This document shows, piece after piece, positions 13,501 to 26,893 of a stretch of 64,000 bases of DNA. A program made the translations under genes and the position numbers. The stretch is from positions 1 to 64,000 of the forward strand of contig JAQGDQ010000359.1 in assembly GCA_030141605.1 (NCBI GenBank), in the 5' to 3' direction. This stretch comes from Tubiluchus corallicola. Taxonomy: Eukaryota; Animalia; Priapulida. The notes beneath the pieces are model-generated. The model was not told the origin of the DNA and searched no databases. It saw only the letters and a program-made list of their open reading frames with translations. Positions within the stretch are counted from its first letter, which is position 1; each line of letters starts with the position of its first letter.

Positions 13501-16500
13501 ATAGAGTCGGATTTTTAATCCTCCATTTTGAAACAAGATGGTGACATGAAACTTTATAAGAATATACTAGAGAGAATTGTGCATCGACTGAAGGAAAATT
13601 GCAGCCTAATTAAAATAATGTTAGAAAATGAATATGTTTAATAAAATACAGTTCAAGTTGCTTTATGAATTTTTTTCAAGTGGAGAAATGTCATAAATAG
13701 TGGTATCATGCTTTGACAGTTTGAGAAGTGCTGTTTTTATAAAATCATGTCATAGTGGTTTTAGTATTGAAAGTTTTGTGTAGCTTTTATTTACCATTTG
13801 TTGCACGTGTGTTAAACTAGGCGATTTTAGATGAACCCGCCGATGCTAACGGATATCCAATAATGGGTGCACACTCCCCGGAGCAACGCACGGGCCCAAG
13901 TAAAATCCTTCGACCAGCTCCTGTGCCCCCTGGCGGTGACACCGATACTACGGTTTGTTTAACGCATCCTTCGAAATCTTTTCATTCTAGTACTGATCGT
14001 GTAACATACTAACAACCTCCCTTTTTTCCGGTTAGTTTTTTATTTCTTTTTTATTTATTTCTTATTTAGTTTTTACCTGCAGCTTTCCATCTCTAACATG
14101 TCACTTATCTACTTCAGAAAATATTGACATAATATAATAGGTGTTCCAATATTAATGTGTTAAATTATTGTACACTACTAAATAAAAAAAATTAACAAAG
14201 TTTTTAAGTAGGTTTAGCAAATCTTAGCTTACATTGTTTACATTCTTAACATCCAAAGAATATTCCACTATTAAAAGTCCACCATTTGTAGTTTGCCTTT
14301 GCTATGTGACTTCTGGTATAATGAGAAATAAAATATGTCAGTGTTGTTAAACCAGAATTAAGTATTATGCTGATTTAACACAGGGATTACTGAAACACTT
14401 TGTACGATGCTGTTCAAATTAATGCCATAAGTAATATATTTTTCTGTCTCAGCCATTCAACAGCAAGAAAGGACAATATTACAGTTAGTTAATGACCAAA
14501 CGCATCTTATTGTTGCTGTTGACCATGATTTTGGGTATGCTGAAATAGCTGATGTATTTTTCACTAGTAGTTATTTATTTTACTTTCTTGCTATTTGAAG
14601 GGTCTTACAAAACAGCCGGGCTTGGAGGAGGAAGATATTGATGAAGAGTTTGCTCAAGAAATGGACAGCATGAACAACAATAGCGATGACGAAATCAGAC
14701 CTGACTCACCACACCCGGCTGCACCCCACCAAGCTGCTAAGGGCTTGCCATGGACACCAAAAATAAGGTGTGTTAACTTTCTGAACACAAACATGATTAG
14801 CTGTGTTTTATGATTTGTATATTACATTGCCCTTTATTTGAAAGTGTTTTTGCCAAGATCCAGTTTTGCAAACCTAGAGAGGTGGCCTAATTTCCTTGTT
14901 TACCGAGAATGCATGCTTGATTTGTTTTGTTTGTTTGTCGTCACAAATTAGTTAATTTTTAGCCGTGCATTTCTCATCAAGGTTTTTTTAATCACATAGA
15001 AAATGTTTCAACAAATTTATTGTTAAGATATTTTGGTCTAGGGAGTCTGGTTAGATACTGATCTTGTCTCATTAATCACAAATATAAATCCCTGCTCTAA
15101 GCCTGTATTTTTATAAGCTGATACATTGGTCTAATGTAGGTGACCAAATAATAGCAAAAGATTTTTAAATGTTTAATAATTCCGAGAAATTTATTTTGTG
15201 CCAATAAAACTGCTAAAGTATAACAGATTTCTTTCATGATTAGAATGATGTGGATGTTTCTTTATAGCAGCTGTGGTATTTTCATCCAGCGTGTGCTCTG
15301 ATCTAACGTTAAGCAAATAAGATACCTGAAATTTTTTTGGGTTACTCTCTATTAATCCTTTGGCTATTATTACTAGCCTCGGAAAATTTTACACCAGAAA
15401 AAATGAGTTATAGTACCATTAAAAGTTCTTACTTTTTGTAAAGTAAATTAGATTATATTGGATTGGGAGTAGACTAGATCGCATCATATCTGATCAAATT
15501 AAACAGATTACATCAGAGCTCTGGTCGTTGCAAACTCCAAAAGAGCGCCGCAACACATGTTGTGAGAACAGAGATATAGCCATTTAACGTGGTACTAACA
15601 ACAATTTAGAATGACTTCTGGAAATTTGTTAACCTGAGGCAATTGGTTTATTTCCATTCAGGTACTAACCTAGAAGCAAACGCATCAAAACTTTGTAAGC
15701 TAAATTACGAAAAAAAACTTAGAATTGTTGTAGAATACAACTCCAAACTACATGCATTTTCAAAGTAATCAGAGATTCTGCTATTTTGCGATGCAGGCAG
15801 AGGGACCTGGATGCCTTTTTGGACTACACACGTGACAAATTTGTAGGATTTCAAGTTCAAGGTGATCGCACGTCACTCGCTGGACTTCCGCAACCAATTC
15901 ACGAGGGAATCAAAGTTTTGAAAGAAGTGAGTTAGTTATTCGCTTAATTTGTACTATATTTCCAAATGAGCTTTCTAGCTACTGACTATACTCTTGCAAT
16001 GCTCAACTTTCAACAAACGTGCCTTTTAATGTTATATCATTTTTCAGCATCTTTACATCTCATTAGCGGAAATCCAAGTGAAGAGAGAAGAGGACATAGC
16101 CAAGCACCCACTTTCCATGGTATCTGATTGCAGTAAATTATAAAATTTCATATTGCACTGTCTTGATATCAATTGTTAATTACAAAATAGCTGATTTCAA
16201 ATTCTAATTTTAGTCATCTTCAATTTGTAATGATAGAGTTGAAAATATGAAGTTCACATTAAATTTTACAGGCAGAAAAGGAATTTCCTAGCAATCCAGT
16301 GGAGTTGCTGTACATAGGAATGCTTCCATGTTTGCCGCAGTACATGGTACAATTTTTGCTACAAAATTTTGAATTTGTTATATCTACTAGTATTTCACGA
16401 ATTCTAAATTTGAATAAAGTAAGAAAGGCAAAATTATGAAATTTTGCATGGCAAGATACTATCCAATCCACCAACAGAAATGGAGACATTTTTTTATAAC

Positions 16501-19500
16501 CATACTAGCTATGCTTATTTTTGTCATGTATTCTGGATGGTCTACGTAGCTAATTTTATTTTCAGTTGAACTTTCTGTTGAATTTAAATAGCCAACTAAA
16601 CTGCTTAACAATATCACTTCATTACTCTCATCAGTTAAACTGCATTTATTATTAGTTGCTCAAGACAAAAACAACGAAGAAAATTGAATATCGCTATTTT
16701 TTTATTTTGAAAATGCCACTTTTTCTGTTTTGTACACACTGTAGTAATTACTGTCGATTTTGTTTTGAATGCTGCAGATCTCTAGATCTTTATACAATGA
16801 TCTCTAGAGCACTTACTATTTAAACGACTGTATATATATTGATACAGTAACATAGTGTTACATTCTGAAACAGGCAAAAATTCTCTGCTACTCGCCTGTT
16901 GAAAAACTCCTCCATTTTTTATTCTAAATGGAAATTTGTAATCCAATTTAAAGCGCGAAAGGTAATGCTGAAGCGCGAAAGCATTAATACTGAATTAGAA
17001 AGTCTGAAAAATTTTGTACCTCCACTGCGACTGAAATCCAAGACCTTCTGCTTTCCAGACAGCTAGATAAGCTAGCAAATTTGTGCAAAACAAACATAAA
17101 TTGGAATTAGTAGAGGGAACTGAGGCATACAGTTGCTCATTTTGCATTAAACGACCTGTGGGGGGCCGGTTTCACAAAACCGTTACTAACTTAAAAACCT
17201 TGCATTCTATAGTAAGTCCATGCTGGGCATACTTCCTTGGCTGCTGGACAGATATGTAATAGTGAATAACTGATTGATTTATTGATTTGATTTGATTTGA
17301 TCTTAGGTATTCAATTTATATGACTTGTGGATCAAATTACAATTTTCTATTGATGCACTTCCTTACCATAAGAAAAAAATAAGTTGAATAGGTACAAAAT
17401 GTTTCATGTATTTAGTGTTTCATACTTGTCATTTATAAAAAATTAACCAAAAATGGCAGTGAAAGATTTCCAAATTGCTGCAAATGTAAACTGTGACATT
17501 TTGTCATTGTTTGTTTGTTTGTTTGTTTTAACTTTGAAGACAAACTTTCTCTTTTTTCTGGTCTGTAGATTGCACTCTTGAAAATTCTGCTTGCGGCTGC
17601 ACCAACATCTAAAGCAAAGACCGATTCCATCAATATAATGGCTGATGTTTTGCCTGAAGAAATGCCGTAAGTTGTGTTCACAATTACAACTTGTTACTTA
17701 TGATTCCCTTTTGTTAAAATATACTGTGTTCAGTCAATAGTGATAGTTTGCACTGGCTTAGCTGAATACCTTGTGTATATAGTTATGCAGTCACTTATTG
17801 TAACTCGTCAGCCTTGTAATTTAGTGCAGATTTGTGCATGTTGTATGTAAGTGATTTACCTGACAATTTGAATTCAGTCCTTATCAAGTTATACGCTAAT
17901 GATGTTACACTGTTTGTAACTTCTGATTGTAGCCCAAATCTTCGTCAAGCCCATTGTTGACCCGTACAGAATGGGTTACCAGATCACAGCTCGCCATTGC
18001 CGCTCACAAGTGTGTTCACATGGAATGTTCACGTGATCCTATGCAGTGATCCTATGCAGTAATCCTATGCAGTGATCCTATGCAGTGATCCTATGCAGTG
18101 ATCCTATGCAGTGATCCTATGCAGTGATCCTATGCAGTGATCCTATGCAGTGATCCTATGCAGTGATTCTATGCAGTGATCCTATGCAGTGATCCTATGC
18201 AGTGATCCTATGCAGTGATCCTATGCAGTGATCCTATGCAGTGATCCTATGCAGTGATTCTATGCAGTGATCCTATGCCTACCTAAATGGAGCGCAAAAA
18301 CACCCCAAGCGTGTTTATTAAGTTATATCATTTTGCCATGATGCTGCCAGTATCTATCCTCTTCTGTGTTTAAATGATTATCAATTTACTATAAGTAGAT
18401 GTTATTTGATCTCTTGTGCATCAGTTACTTGCTTTATAACATTAATTACAATGCAGTGAAGTGTGTTTTCACTTGTACTCTCCAGAGAAAGTAAACAAAT
18501 GCTAAATTTTTTATAGTACCTGTTAGCTGGCTTTGAAATTTACAGTTGTGAAAAAAATGGTCTCTGTTAAGTAAAGTGACGTAATTCACTAAATAAAAAC
18601 ATACTTTCTGGCAAGTTTTCATATGTAAACCAGCAAAGTAGTCAAAAATATGACGTAGGTCTAGTGACCAACAGAAGCAGTACGGTAACGTTTCTTCTGT
18701 ATTTATGCACTGTCCGTTGTCGGCATTCATGTGGATTACCTTATGTTTATTGTATTAGAAGGTTTGATTACTTGAAACTACAGCCTGTTGAAACCAGACA
18801 TTTTATTTTTGATATGAAAATGCTTTTCAAAATTTGTTCATGGCTTACTTATTATTAAGCTTTAATGATTTGTTCTTATGTGCGTTTAGTCTCGGTTTAA
18901 GGACCCATAGTTAGAAGTTATATAAAACTATTGTTGTATTGAAGTTTTTAAATCCTCGTTTTGCAAACAGGGTAATAGATACGTAGAATAGTTTGTCGTC
19001 AGACATTGTTAATGCCAATTACAACTTAAGTTCTTTTTCTTTTAAACTATTCAAATTTGATTTTAATGGTTTTGTAAATTTAATAGCAATAACTGATTAA
19101 TGCGGGACAGTGTAGGTGGATTCATGCTTTTTGATTTTTCCCCATCCTCATACATTAACAAATTATCTTAAGTGTTTAACAATCTTATTTGTGAAAACAT
19201 TGAATTGTGTTTCCAAATAATCTAATCTAATCTACAGCAATCATATTACTTTCAGGATGACTGTGTTACAGTCAATGAAACTAGGCATAGACGTGAACAG
19301 ACATAAGGAGATCATAGTAAAAGCTATTTCATCAATCTTGCTGTTATTGTTGAAACACTTCAAGATCAATCATATTTATCAGGTGGGTTCAGACATGATG
19401 TTAATTAAAACACTTACATATTTCTTGAACAAGGAAATCTTTCCAGCACTCAAAAAAGACCGTCAACAGTAAAAGAACTACAAATATACATACGCGCTAT

Positions 19501-22500
19501 AAGATGCTATAAGTTTTTTTCATTTCTGTCACGATTTTTTGAATTTATTATAAATGTTGATTCAGTTTGAATTTTGAAAGAAAATTTATTTATTATAGCA
19601 ATTTGAGTTGCCTTGCTTGAGTTCAATATGCATATGTATCTAGCAGTAATCTTGAGATTTGTATGCACACTAATTTGCAATTTTTGTTTTCTAATTTAAA
19701 TTCCATGTGTCATTTAGAGATCTAGAAGTTTCTGAAGGTTGATACATAGAAACATTGCAACCTTGACGTGAATTTATCCACTTATTGTATACATGATTAA
19801 CAGAGATACTGAATGATGGTCTTAGGCAGTGCAACTTAAGTTTGGCAACATTGAGCCTCGTTAGTAAATGAACAGGTGATAGCGGGAAAATGTTAATTGG
19901 CAATTTCGTTTGTCATGTACTGCCTTGGGCTATTTTTGAATGTGGCTGAGATGCTTCTGCTAGTTCATTGCCTCACTTCAGAGCATGATCTTTGATAATA
20001 AACTGTAATTGTCTCGCCACGATCATCTACAGTGAGTAGGCTGTGTTGTTTGCTGCATTTTGGTTGCAGTGTACCGTACTGTATAAAGAAATGAAATATC
20101 AAACGAAAATTAAATTTTTACCCACAGATGTCAGTTAACATACTGTAACAACATTACTGGCTCCAGCTCGCCAGACAGTAAAGTATTTTTCTTTGCTTCC
20201 AGTTTGAGTTTATGAGTCAGCACCTCGTGTTTGCTAACTGCATCCCATTAGTACTAAAGTTTTTCAACCAGAATATAATGGCTTACATCACGGCTAAAAA
20301 CACGTAAGTTGCTTGTGTTCTACTTACACTTTGAATGTGCAACAAATGGTTACAAATATGAATGTTTCAAATGCTATGGGTGCACAGAGTTGTCACTCTA
20401 TATCCTTTATATCAGAATTTATACTTTATATCAGAATTTAAATCAGCTTAAATTTAAGTTTTAACATTCTTGAAAGTCCAACACATACTGCTCTGAGTCA
20501 CATTCTTATCTTGTGTTTCACGATAAAGGTGTCTCGCCTCTTCTGATGAAATAGCAAACTAAAATAGCAGGAGACGAGAAGCCCCCATTTCTGATTGTTT
20601 TTTAACTGACTTTAAAAAGTAATGCTATTTCTTGTAATTTAATTGAACTGAATGTGATAATCTTAAATAGCTTGAGAGAAAAGGCCATACTTTTGGTTTA
20701 AAGTTTTTGATATTAACTAATCTTTCAAATAATCATACTACTGCGAAAAAGAAAGAACGGGAAATATGGACTTCGTTTCTGTAGTTCATGTAAACTTTAT
20801 GTTTTGCTAATATTTAATCTTAATTAGCATAACAGTTGCATCTTTACAACGACTTTTTATCTCGTCCAGTTCTCTTGAGAGAAATGCAGTTCCTCATCTT
20901 CTCATGTCTCGAAATAAACAAAAAATTATCGTCTCGCAGACCCGTAGCTCACAACAGCACTTTTTACATTCTAGCATTTCTGTCATCGACTTTCCACGCT
21001 GTGTCATCGGGGATCAGCCAGAGCTGACAGCAGATGGGTTAGAAGCTGGTGACAGTGTGGTGTATTGCTGGCGAAATCTCTACTCCTGTATTAACCTGCT
21101 ACGAATACTCAACAAGCTTACCAAATGGAAACATTCACGCACAATGGTACGGTACATTTTGGCACAGGCACTTCTGAACCATATCCTGCCATCAAGGTTG
21201 AATTTCCCAAAGCCTGGGATTGAACTACCAACATGTTATTATTATTCATTGTGGTTTTTGAAAGATGATTACATTGCACAATTGTGCAAAAAAAAGTTTT
21301 GTAGTACTGCGAATGGCTAAATTCAAGATAAAAGTTATATACAATTTTAGAGTTTTAGTGAGTCTCCCTGGAAAACAACGTATAACTTTTTAGAACTTTA
21401 TTTTTCAGAATAGTTAAACACCTGAAAATGTTTAAATTACTTGTTAAGAGACTTGATTTATTGCTGTTCAAATGAAATGAGATGCTGAAATTAATCTGTC
21501 GTAAATACAATTTTTTTATGAATATATAATTAAATTGATACCTAAGAAGTTGCTATTTCCTGGTATGACATTATACCAGTGGAAGTATTTTGTGCTGTGC
21601 TGCAAGAAATGTACAAACAAGACTTGTAGTCTCCAAATTGGCTACAGCAGGTGTCTTTACCATCACCATAAAAGTGTTCACGCCCAGTGTAAGCACCTGT
21701 ATTGTTCACTGTAAACATATGTGTAATTGTACCTGTAGTTGCTGTACGTAATTCAACTAGTATCTATTAATTTACGTTAAAAGGTTTTGATTAAAATTTT
21801 TGATGATTTCTTAATAAAAAAATGTGTGCCTTAATACATTTTAATAGCACAGTGCTTGAACTAGTGCAACACTTCACGGAAACTTTGACGCATCTCTGAC
21901 AAACTTAATTCCTAAAAAATTCATGACTTTGCAGACAGGTATTCCTTTTTATTCTAAGATGGCACCTTCTATTTTCAGATGTTAGTAGTGTTTAAATCAG
22001 CACCTATTCTAAAGAGAACACTCAAGGTCAAACATGCAATGATGCAGCTGTATGTACTAAAACTGCTCAAGGCACAGACGAAGTACCTAGGCCGTCAGTG
22101 GAGGAAGAGCAATATGAAAACAATGTCAGCTATCTATCAAAAAGTCAGACATCGACTAAACGATGACTGGGCTTTTGGGAATGGTGGGTTCTTGTTGTTT
22201 AAATTTGACGTTTTTTAAAATACTACAAGTTAGTTGTTTCATACTCCTTTAATATGAAGCTAGCGGGTACCCTTTAAGTGTTAGGCTATTAAAACCGATA
22301 GTCTTAACATTCTCCTAAATTTTATTATTCTTAAACTTTATTCTTGGACAGGTGTGTCCTTGTCCATAAATACTCCTAAGCTTTATTATTCCTAAACTTA
22401 ATTCACGAACATGTATGTCCTTGTCCGTAAACACTCCTGAGGTTTGTTACTCCTAAACTTTAATTCATTGTCAGATATGTCCTGTCCCTAAAAAATCAGT

Positions 22501-23058
22501 TTCTGATTATTACAGATGGAAGCATACATGTTAATCATTGTTTTGCCTATGTGACTGCGCTCTAAAGTTGCTGGCAAATAATGTTTAAGCATCATGTCAA
22601 ATCTATATCCATTTTTGTAATGCAAGAAGTGTCCGCTATTAACAAAACATACAATGCAAAACAGTCAGTTCCTCATAGACTATGAACCAACCATTGATTT
22701 TCACTTAAAGCTCTTTGAATGTAAGTTAGTGTGGCAGAATATTATTGGAAAAAAGTTTTAAGTAAGCTGACGGAAACTTGAAATCAGTTGCTTTGTTTCA
22801 GATGTGGATGCACGACCTTGGGACTTTCAGGCAGAAGAGTGTGCACTTCGTGCTTGTGTTGACCGGTTCAACAACCGTCGATATGGAACAGGAAACAGTG
22901 GAATGGATCCGGATTTTGAACCAGTGGACAACAATCTGCAGAGCGTGCTTGGCAAGCCGGTGGATCTCGGTCCAGAGTTCAAGACGAAATGGGAAGTATG
23001 GGTGGAAAAAGAAGTTCTCAGTCGAAATATTCGCTGGGAGCAGTTGCTGCAGCAATAA
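5105..23058 (+). CDS. STRIP1: Striatin-interacting protein (STRIP1/2, FAM40/Far11 family); 5' exon(s) not found in the window
   Basis: Phase-consistent GT-AG exons: 5105-5174, 5829-5903, 6447-6578, 7792-7912, 8670-8845, 9409-9536, 10103-10195, 11567-11665, (13821-13952), 14601-14767, 15797-15926, 16048-16119, 16272-16346, 17569-17666, 19256-19382, 20203-20303, 20975-21146, 21979-22183, 22802-23058. Motifs: [90 protein letters not shown]. Confidence 0.96.
7505..7535. repeat. (TA)n microsatellite
   Basis: About 15 TA units; similar runs at ~51385-51407 and ~60107-60126. Confidence 0.9.
10637..10892. mobile_element. MITE with 8-bp target-site duplication (hAT or P superfamily)
   Basis: TIR CAAGGTGAGCAGAGTC / GACTCTGCTCACCTTTG flanked by an exact ATACAGAG duplication at 10629-10636 and 10893-10900. 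Confidence 0.85.
17841..18032 (+). mobile_element. Decayed LINE reverse-transcriptase fragment
   Basis: Translates [25 protein letters not shown] (YINDL...LYADD-like) and, after a frameshift, [18 protein letters not shown]. Confidence 0.7.
18033..18278. repeat. 13-bp minisatellite (GTGATCCTATGCA) x ~19
   Basis: Near-perfect head-to-tail units without spacers; variant units at 18059, 18163 and 18254. Confidence 0.97.
22312..22495. repeat. Degenerate ~60-bp tandem repeat, about 3 copies
   Basis: Recurring CTCCTAA..TTTATTATTCCTAAACTT.ATTC...TGTCCTTGTCC.TAAA units in the last STRIP intron. Confidence 0.75.
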
Positions 23059-24329
23059 CAGTTAATTAAAACTTAGCTATAACATATTCTAATTTATGTG
23101 GTATCCAATAGTCATTTAAATAATTATTGTACAGAAACAAATATACTCTCAGTGACTTGACTTTCTTATCATTTGTATTAAAGTCATTATGGTTATATGA
23201 AATTGAATATTAGTGTGCAAAAATCGTTTACTAAGTTTACATATAGAAAGTGTTAATTATTACTAGCCACAGTATTAATAACTTGACATTTACTTCGGGT
23301 AGCAAATGTTTAGGCTGCAAACTTGGCACTCAAAAAGAAACAATATTTAGCTAATCCATAGTCATTTCTACCAGAGAAAGTCATTGCTATACCAAAACTG
23401 TCTTAAAAATTATACAATTGACAAATAAACTATTTCTTATTCTCAAAGAAATATGGACTGGCATTACTGCTGTACAATTGTACTACTTCATAATGTTAAT
23501 CATATCATTGTCACAATTTTTTTTTAATTTCAGTCACTCGTGTGAATCAACTGACCTTATGTGTATTAAACAAACTGTTCTCTACAGTTACTTATGCTTC
23601 AGCTGTATACAGATTTTTGTGCACAAAATCACTTTCTTCTATGTAATGTAAATTTTCTTAGGTTATTCTGCATTGACAGAAATTCCACATTATTAGTTGT
23701 TCTTATGTCATTTATAAATGTATACATTGTACAGAGGTGATGTAAAAAAGCAGTAAACAAATGAATAGTGTCTTTAACGTTTATTTACAAAGTTAAAATA
23801 ACAACCTTTTAAATAAACAAAATTTTACAAACATTGCTTTTGAATGTTGTGACTAAAAGGCCATTTAATAGTTTAAAACATAAATACTAATCTAAAAACA
23901 CCCACAATATGAAGGATTGGTTGTCGTTACAAATAATACAAAGAACTATACCATAATAATCAACAAGGAAACACATTTATAAATAATACCGTGACTTTAA
24001 TATCCCTGATTGTTGCATGCTAGTTAAAAGCTAGTTTGCCATTAACGCAGTAAAGCATGCCTATGATATGATTTCAAATAGGCCCACCCACTAACTGCTG
24101 CTGTCACATTAAATAAGAGGGTAGCTCTTACTATGTAGACAAACAGATAACTCTGTTTAGAAAAGTTTCAAAACCACACAGCCATTTTTTTCAATGCTTA
24201 AACAAGGGTATTTGATATAAAGTTGTTTAATGTCATATCAAGACCATGATCAACATTCCAGGAAAGTGACGCTCTTCTTGACTACAAAAATATCACAGTA
24301 AGCAAGCACATCCTGACAATTGAAAAACG

Positions 24330-26396
24330 TTAGTTGGATACTGCTGACACAAGTGGGTTGCGCTTACGAGTCAACCCTTCGTAACCGCATTTGTTACTGT
24401 TGCCAATTCTAATGCTTTCCATCACTTTTGGACCCCTCTCCGCATTCAACATCTCTTCGTTCAAGCATGCACTGCTGATGCTGATGTTGCTATTTACAGT
24501 CTTTACTGGCTGTACAAACCTTGTACTATGTCCGGCATAGCGATCCGATTCTTTAAAGTTCATAGCGCTTTGAGTTTTTCTGACTTTATGGGTACGCATG
24601 GCCGGCTCTGACTGCTGAGCTGCCAGTTTTTCCTGCGACGCTTTGTGTTCCACAACAATTTCTTTTGACCATCCCAACAAAAAGATGTTTATTAAAATTT
24701 TCAGTGACAATAAGCACAAGTAGCCTAAGACAAGCAAAACCACATCTATACAACTGTTTACTTTTACCGTTTGGCTAACAATTCTCACAACCAAAACACT
24801 CAGTGGAAAAGGGATAAATCCCATGCGGCGCGACATCAAATCGCTGTTGTCCGTAAATGAGGATTTTTGACGACTAGTGGTCATATCATAAGCTAGACTG
24901 GTTTTAAATTCGCCGTAGACTCTTGCAGGAATCTCATTAAATTTAGTGATGAAGGCGTGCTTCAGCCAGTCTACAATGAACTCTGCCAGAAGCACGAATA
25001 TCATGTCGGGAACAAGGACCCAAAAATGTTCCGAATTCCAGGAAAACTCTGTCATATTCCGGAACAATACGATGAACAGCAGGACAATATAGTGAAATCG
25101 TTCACGTATGTCTGCGCAGGACATTTGAAACAAGTTGTTCTTCTCGAACCGCTTGAAGACGCTGCCTTTGATTTCCACAAAATTGTTCGACATCATAATC
25201 GTCAACAAGGATTTGTTATGCGAATTGAATGCAACATTGAGAGTAGTTGCTTGCAGGAGGACTAACATGGCATGAAACGAAACATATACAACAGCCAAAG
25301 CGAAATGAGGAATGATGCCTACCCTCTCTCGCTTGCGCCCAGCCGGCTCCATAGCAGTCCAGAAGAGGGCATCGAGAATATCCTGGCCAAATGAGCTAAA
25401 GAGTTTGTCTGCTATTTCAAGCATGTTAAAAAATATGTAGAGTTTAATAACTGCTTGTCCCCGTACCATATGATAAAACACTGACACATCTATATACTCC
25501 ATAATATAAATACAAATTATGAACAAAGCCAGTTTTAAAAAATCACACATTTCTGATGACTGCAACCAACACCCAGGTCTTCCTTGAAATAGGCTGAGAA
25601 AAAGGTGAAACACTGCAAACAATACTCTGAGAGGAAGAAAAGTGAACATGTACAAAAATGCATCGGCACATTGCAGGAAACCAAAGAAAATTAATTTTTC
25701 CAATTCCCGAGGAATCTTCATAAAGGTGTAGACACGTTTGCGCTTTGCTGTAAATGTTTCTTTATTCTTTTCTAAGAGATAATCATGGCTAATTTCTGAC
25801 TGGATATACTTAAAAAACGAAATGCCTGTTAATAGCACTTTTGGTGACCTTTCATCTTCCTCTTCGTCTTGGTCTTCTTTTTCACTGGCTTCTTCTACAA
25901 TTTCGTTATGGTGGACGTTACTTAGACAAGACGGCAAGCCATCTACAGAAGTATTCTCATGTTGTTCAAGAATGGGCGCATCTGACTGACATAGACGTGG
26001 ACTGAATGGTGGTACGCCATCTTGGTGATAATCTTGAATTTGCAATGATTCGTCACCTGAAATATTTCAAAATTAATTAACTTAGCCAAACTGCAACTAA
26101 AAATAAATACAGATCGAAGTACCACTTTTCCTTTATCTAATGCTAAAATTAATGGAAACGTGCGATGCTGTAGAAACGTGGATATAAGTATTGTCATGTT
26201 CCAAGTCAAAAATGTATAGTTCAGGTCTTTGAAGCATAGCCCAAGTGCTGCACTCACCCAAAGTTTCAGGTGTTAAAGTCGCACAACTGTCTATATTCAT
26301 AATTAGAGGTCTAGACTTCATTTCCCTTTCAGTTCTGTGAAGAAATTTTTCCAGTCTAGCTTGCGTACTGGCTTCGTTTTTCAAGTTCACGTTCAT
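24330..26396 (-). CDS. TAPT1: Transmembrane anterior-posterior transformation protein 1 (TAPT1/Emp65, DUF747), about 621 aa, two exons
   Basis: Exon 26396-26258 (G|GTGAGT) spliced in phase 1 to 26056-24330. Family motifs: GFLQCADAFLY, YHMVRGQAVIKLYIFFNMLE, FSSFGQDILD, LNVAFNSHNKSLLTIMMSNNFVEIKGSVFK, VDWLKHAFITKFN, RRMGFIPFPL. The first exon is less certain than the second. Confidence 0.95.
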
Positions 26397-26399
26397 TTT

Positions 26400-26562
26400 A
26401 TCACAACTTCAGCAGTCGTTTGACATGGCAAAACAGCCAAGGACTATTTTTAAAAATCACCGTCAGGTTACACTACCATCGACGCACACGTCAGTTTCTC
26501 TTGTATACTGCGACGAAATGTAGAACCGTCGAAATTTTCGAGTTGCCAACTACTGAAACGGG
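26400..26562. promoter_or_regulatory. Probable bidirectional promoter for TAPT1 (-) and SELENOK (+), including a candidate non-coding first exon of SELENOK
   Basis: Local CpG enrichment just upstream of the TAPT1 ATG, a YY1-like ACATGGC motif, and a + strand donor ACGG|GTAAAA near 26561 that could join the acceptor at 28784. Confidence 0.45.
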
Positions 26563-26893
26563 TAAAAATTGTTAAAAATACTTAATTAGGAGTTTTATCA
26601 AACCATTTTAGTTTGTTTAAATAACATTTATTTTCCAACAGTAGACTTTTAAGTCATAGTTACTTTACTTCATCAAGACAGTGATGAAAGCTTTACACAT
26701 TTATCTGTTCCTTATCATGTATTCACATAACATAAGCTTGCATCACATCAATGCACGATTGCACATGTAATGCAGGTATTAGTAATTTCCTAAATTTCAT
26801 TTTGCCTAAATCTGCTCTATCTTTGTATAAGTTATTGAAGTGTATTTACAAATTGAATAGACAGAGCAGCAGTGGGTAGTTATTGAAGTTGTT

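Noticed and set aside
16120-16271. U12-type intron in STRIP (donor GTATCT)
   Set aside because: Does not match GTATCCTT and no TCCTTAAC branch site was seen.
18033-18278. Regular repeat array as a CRISPR locus
   Set aside because: 13-bp units abut with no spacers, there are no cas genes, and the context is a eukaryotic intron.
24957-25265. Antisense ORFs over real genes (also 46741-47055, 55373-55828, 43378-43835)
   Set aside because: Shadow ORFs opposite coding exons with no motifs or splice support.
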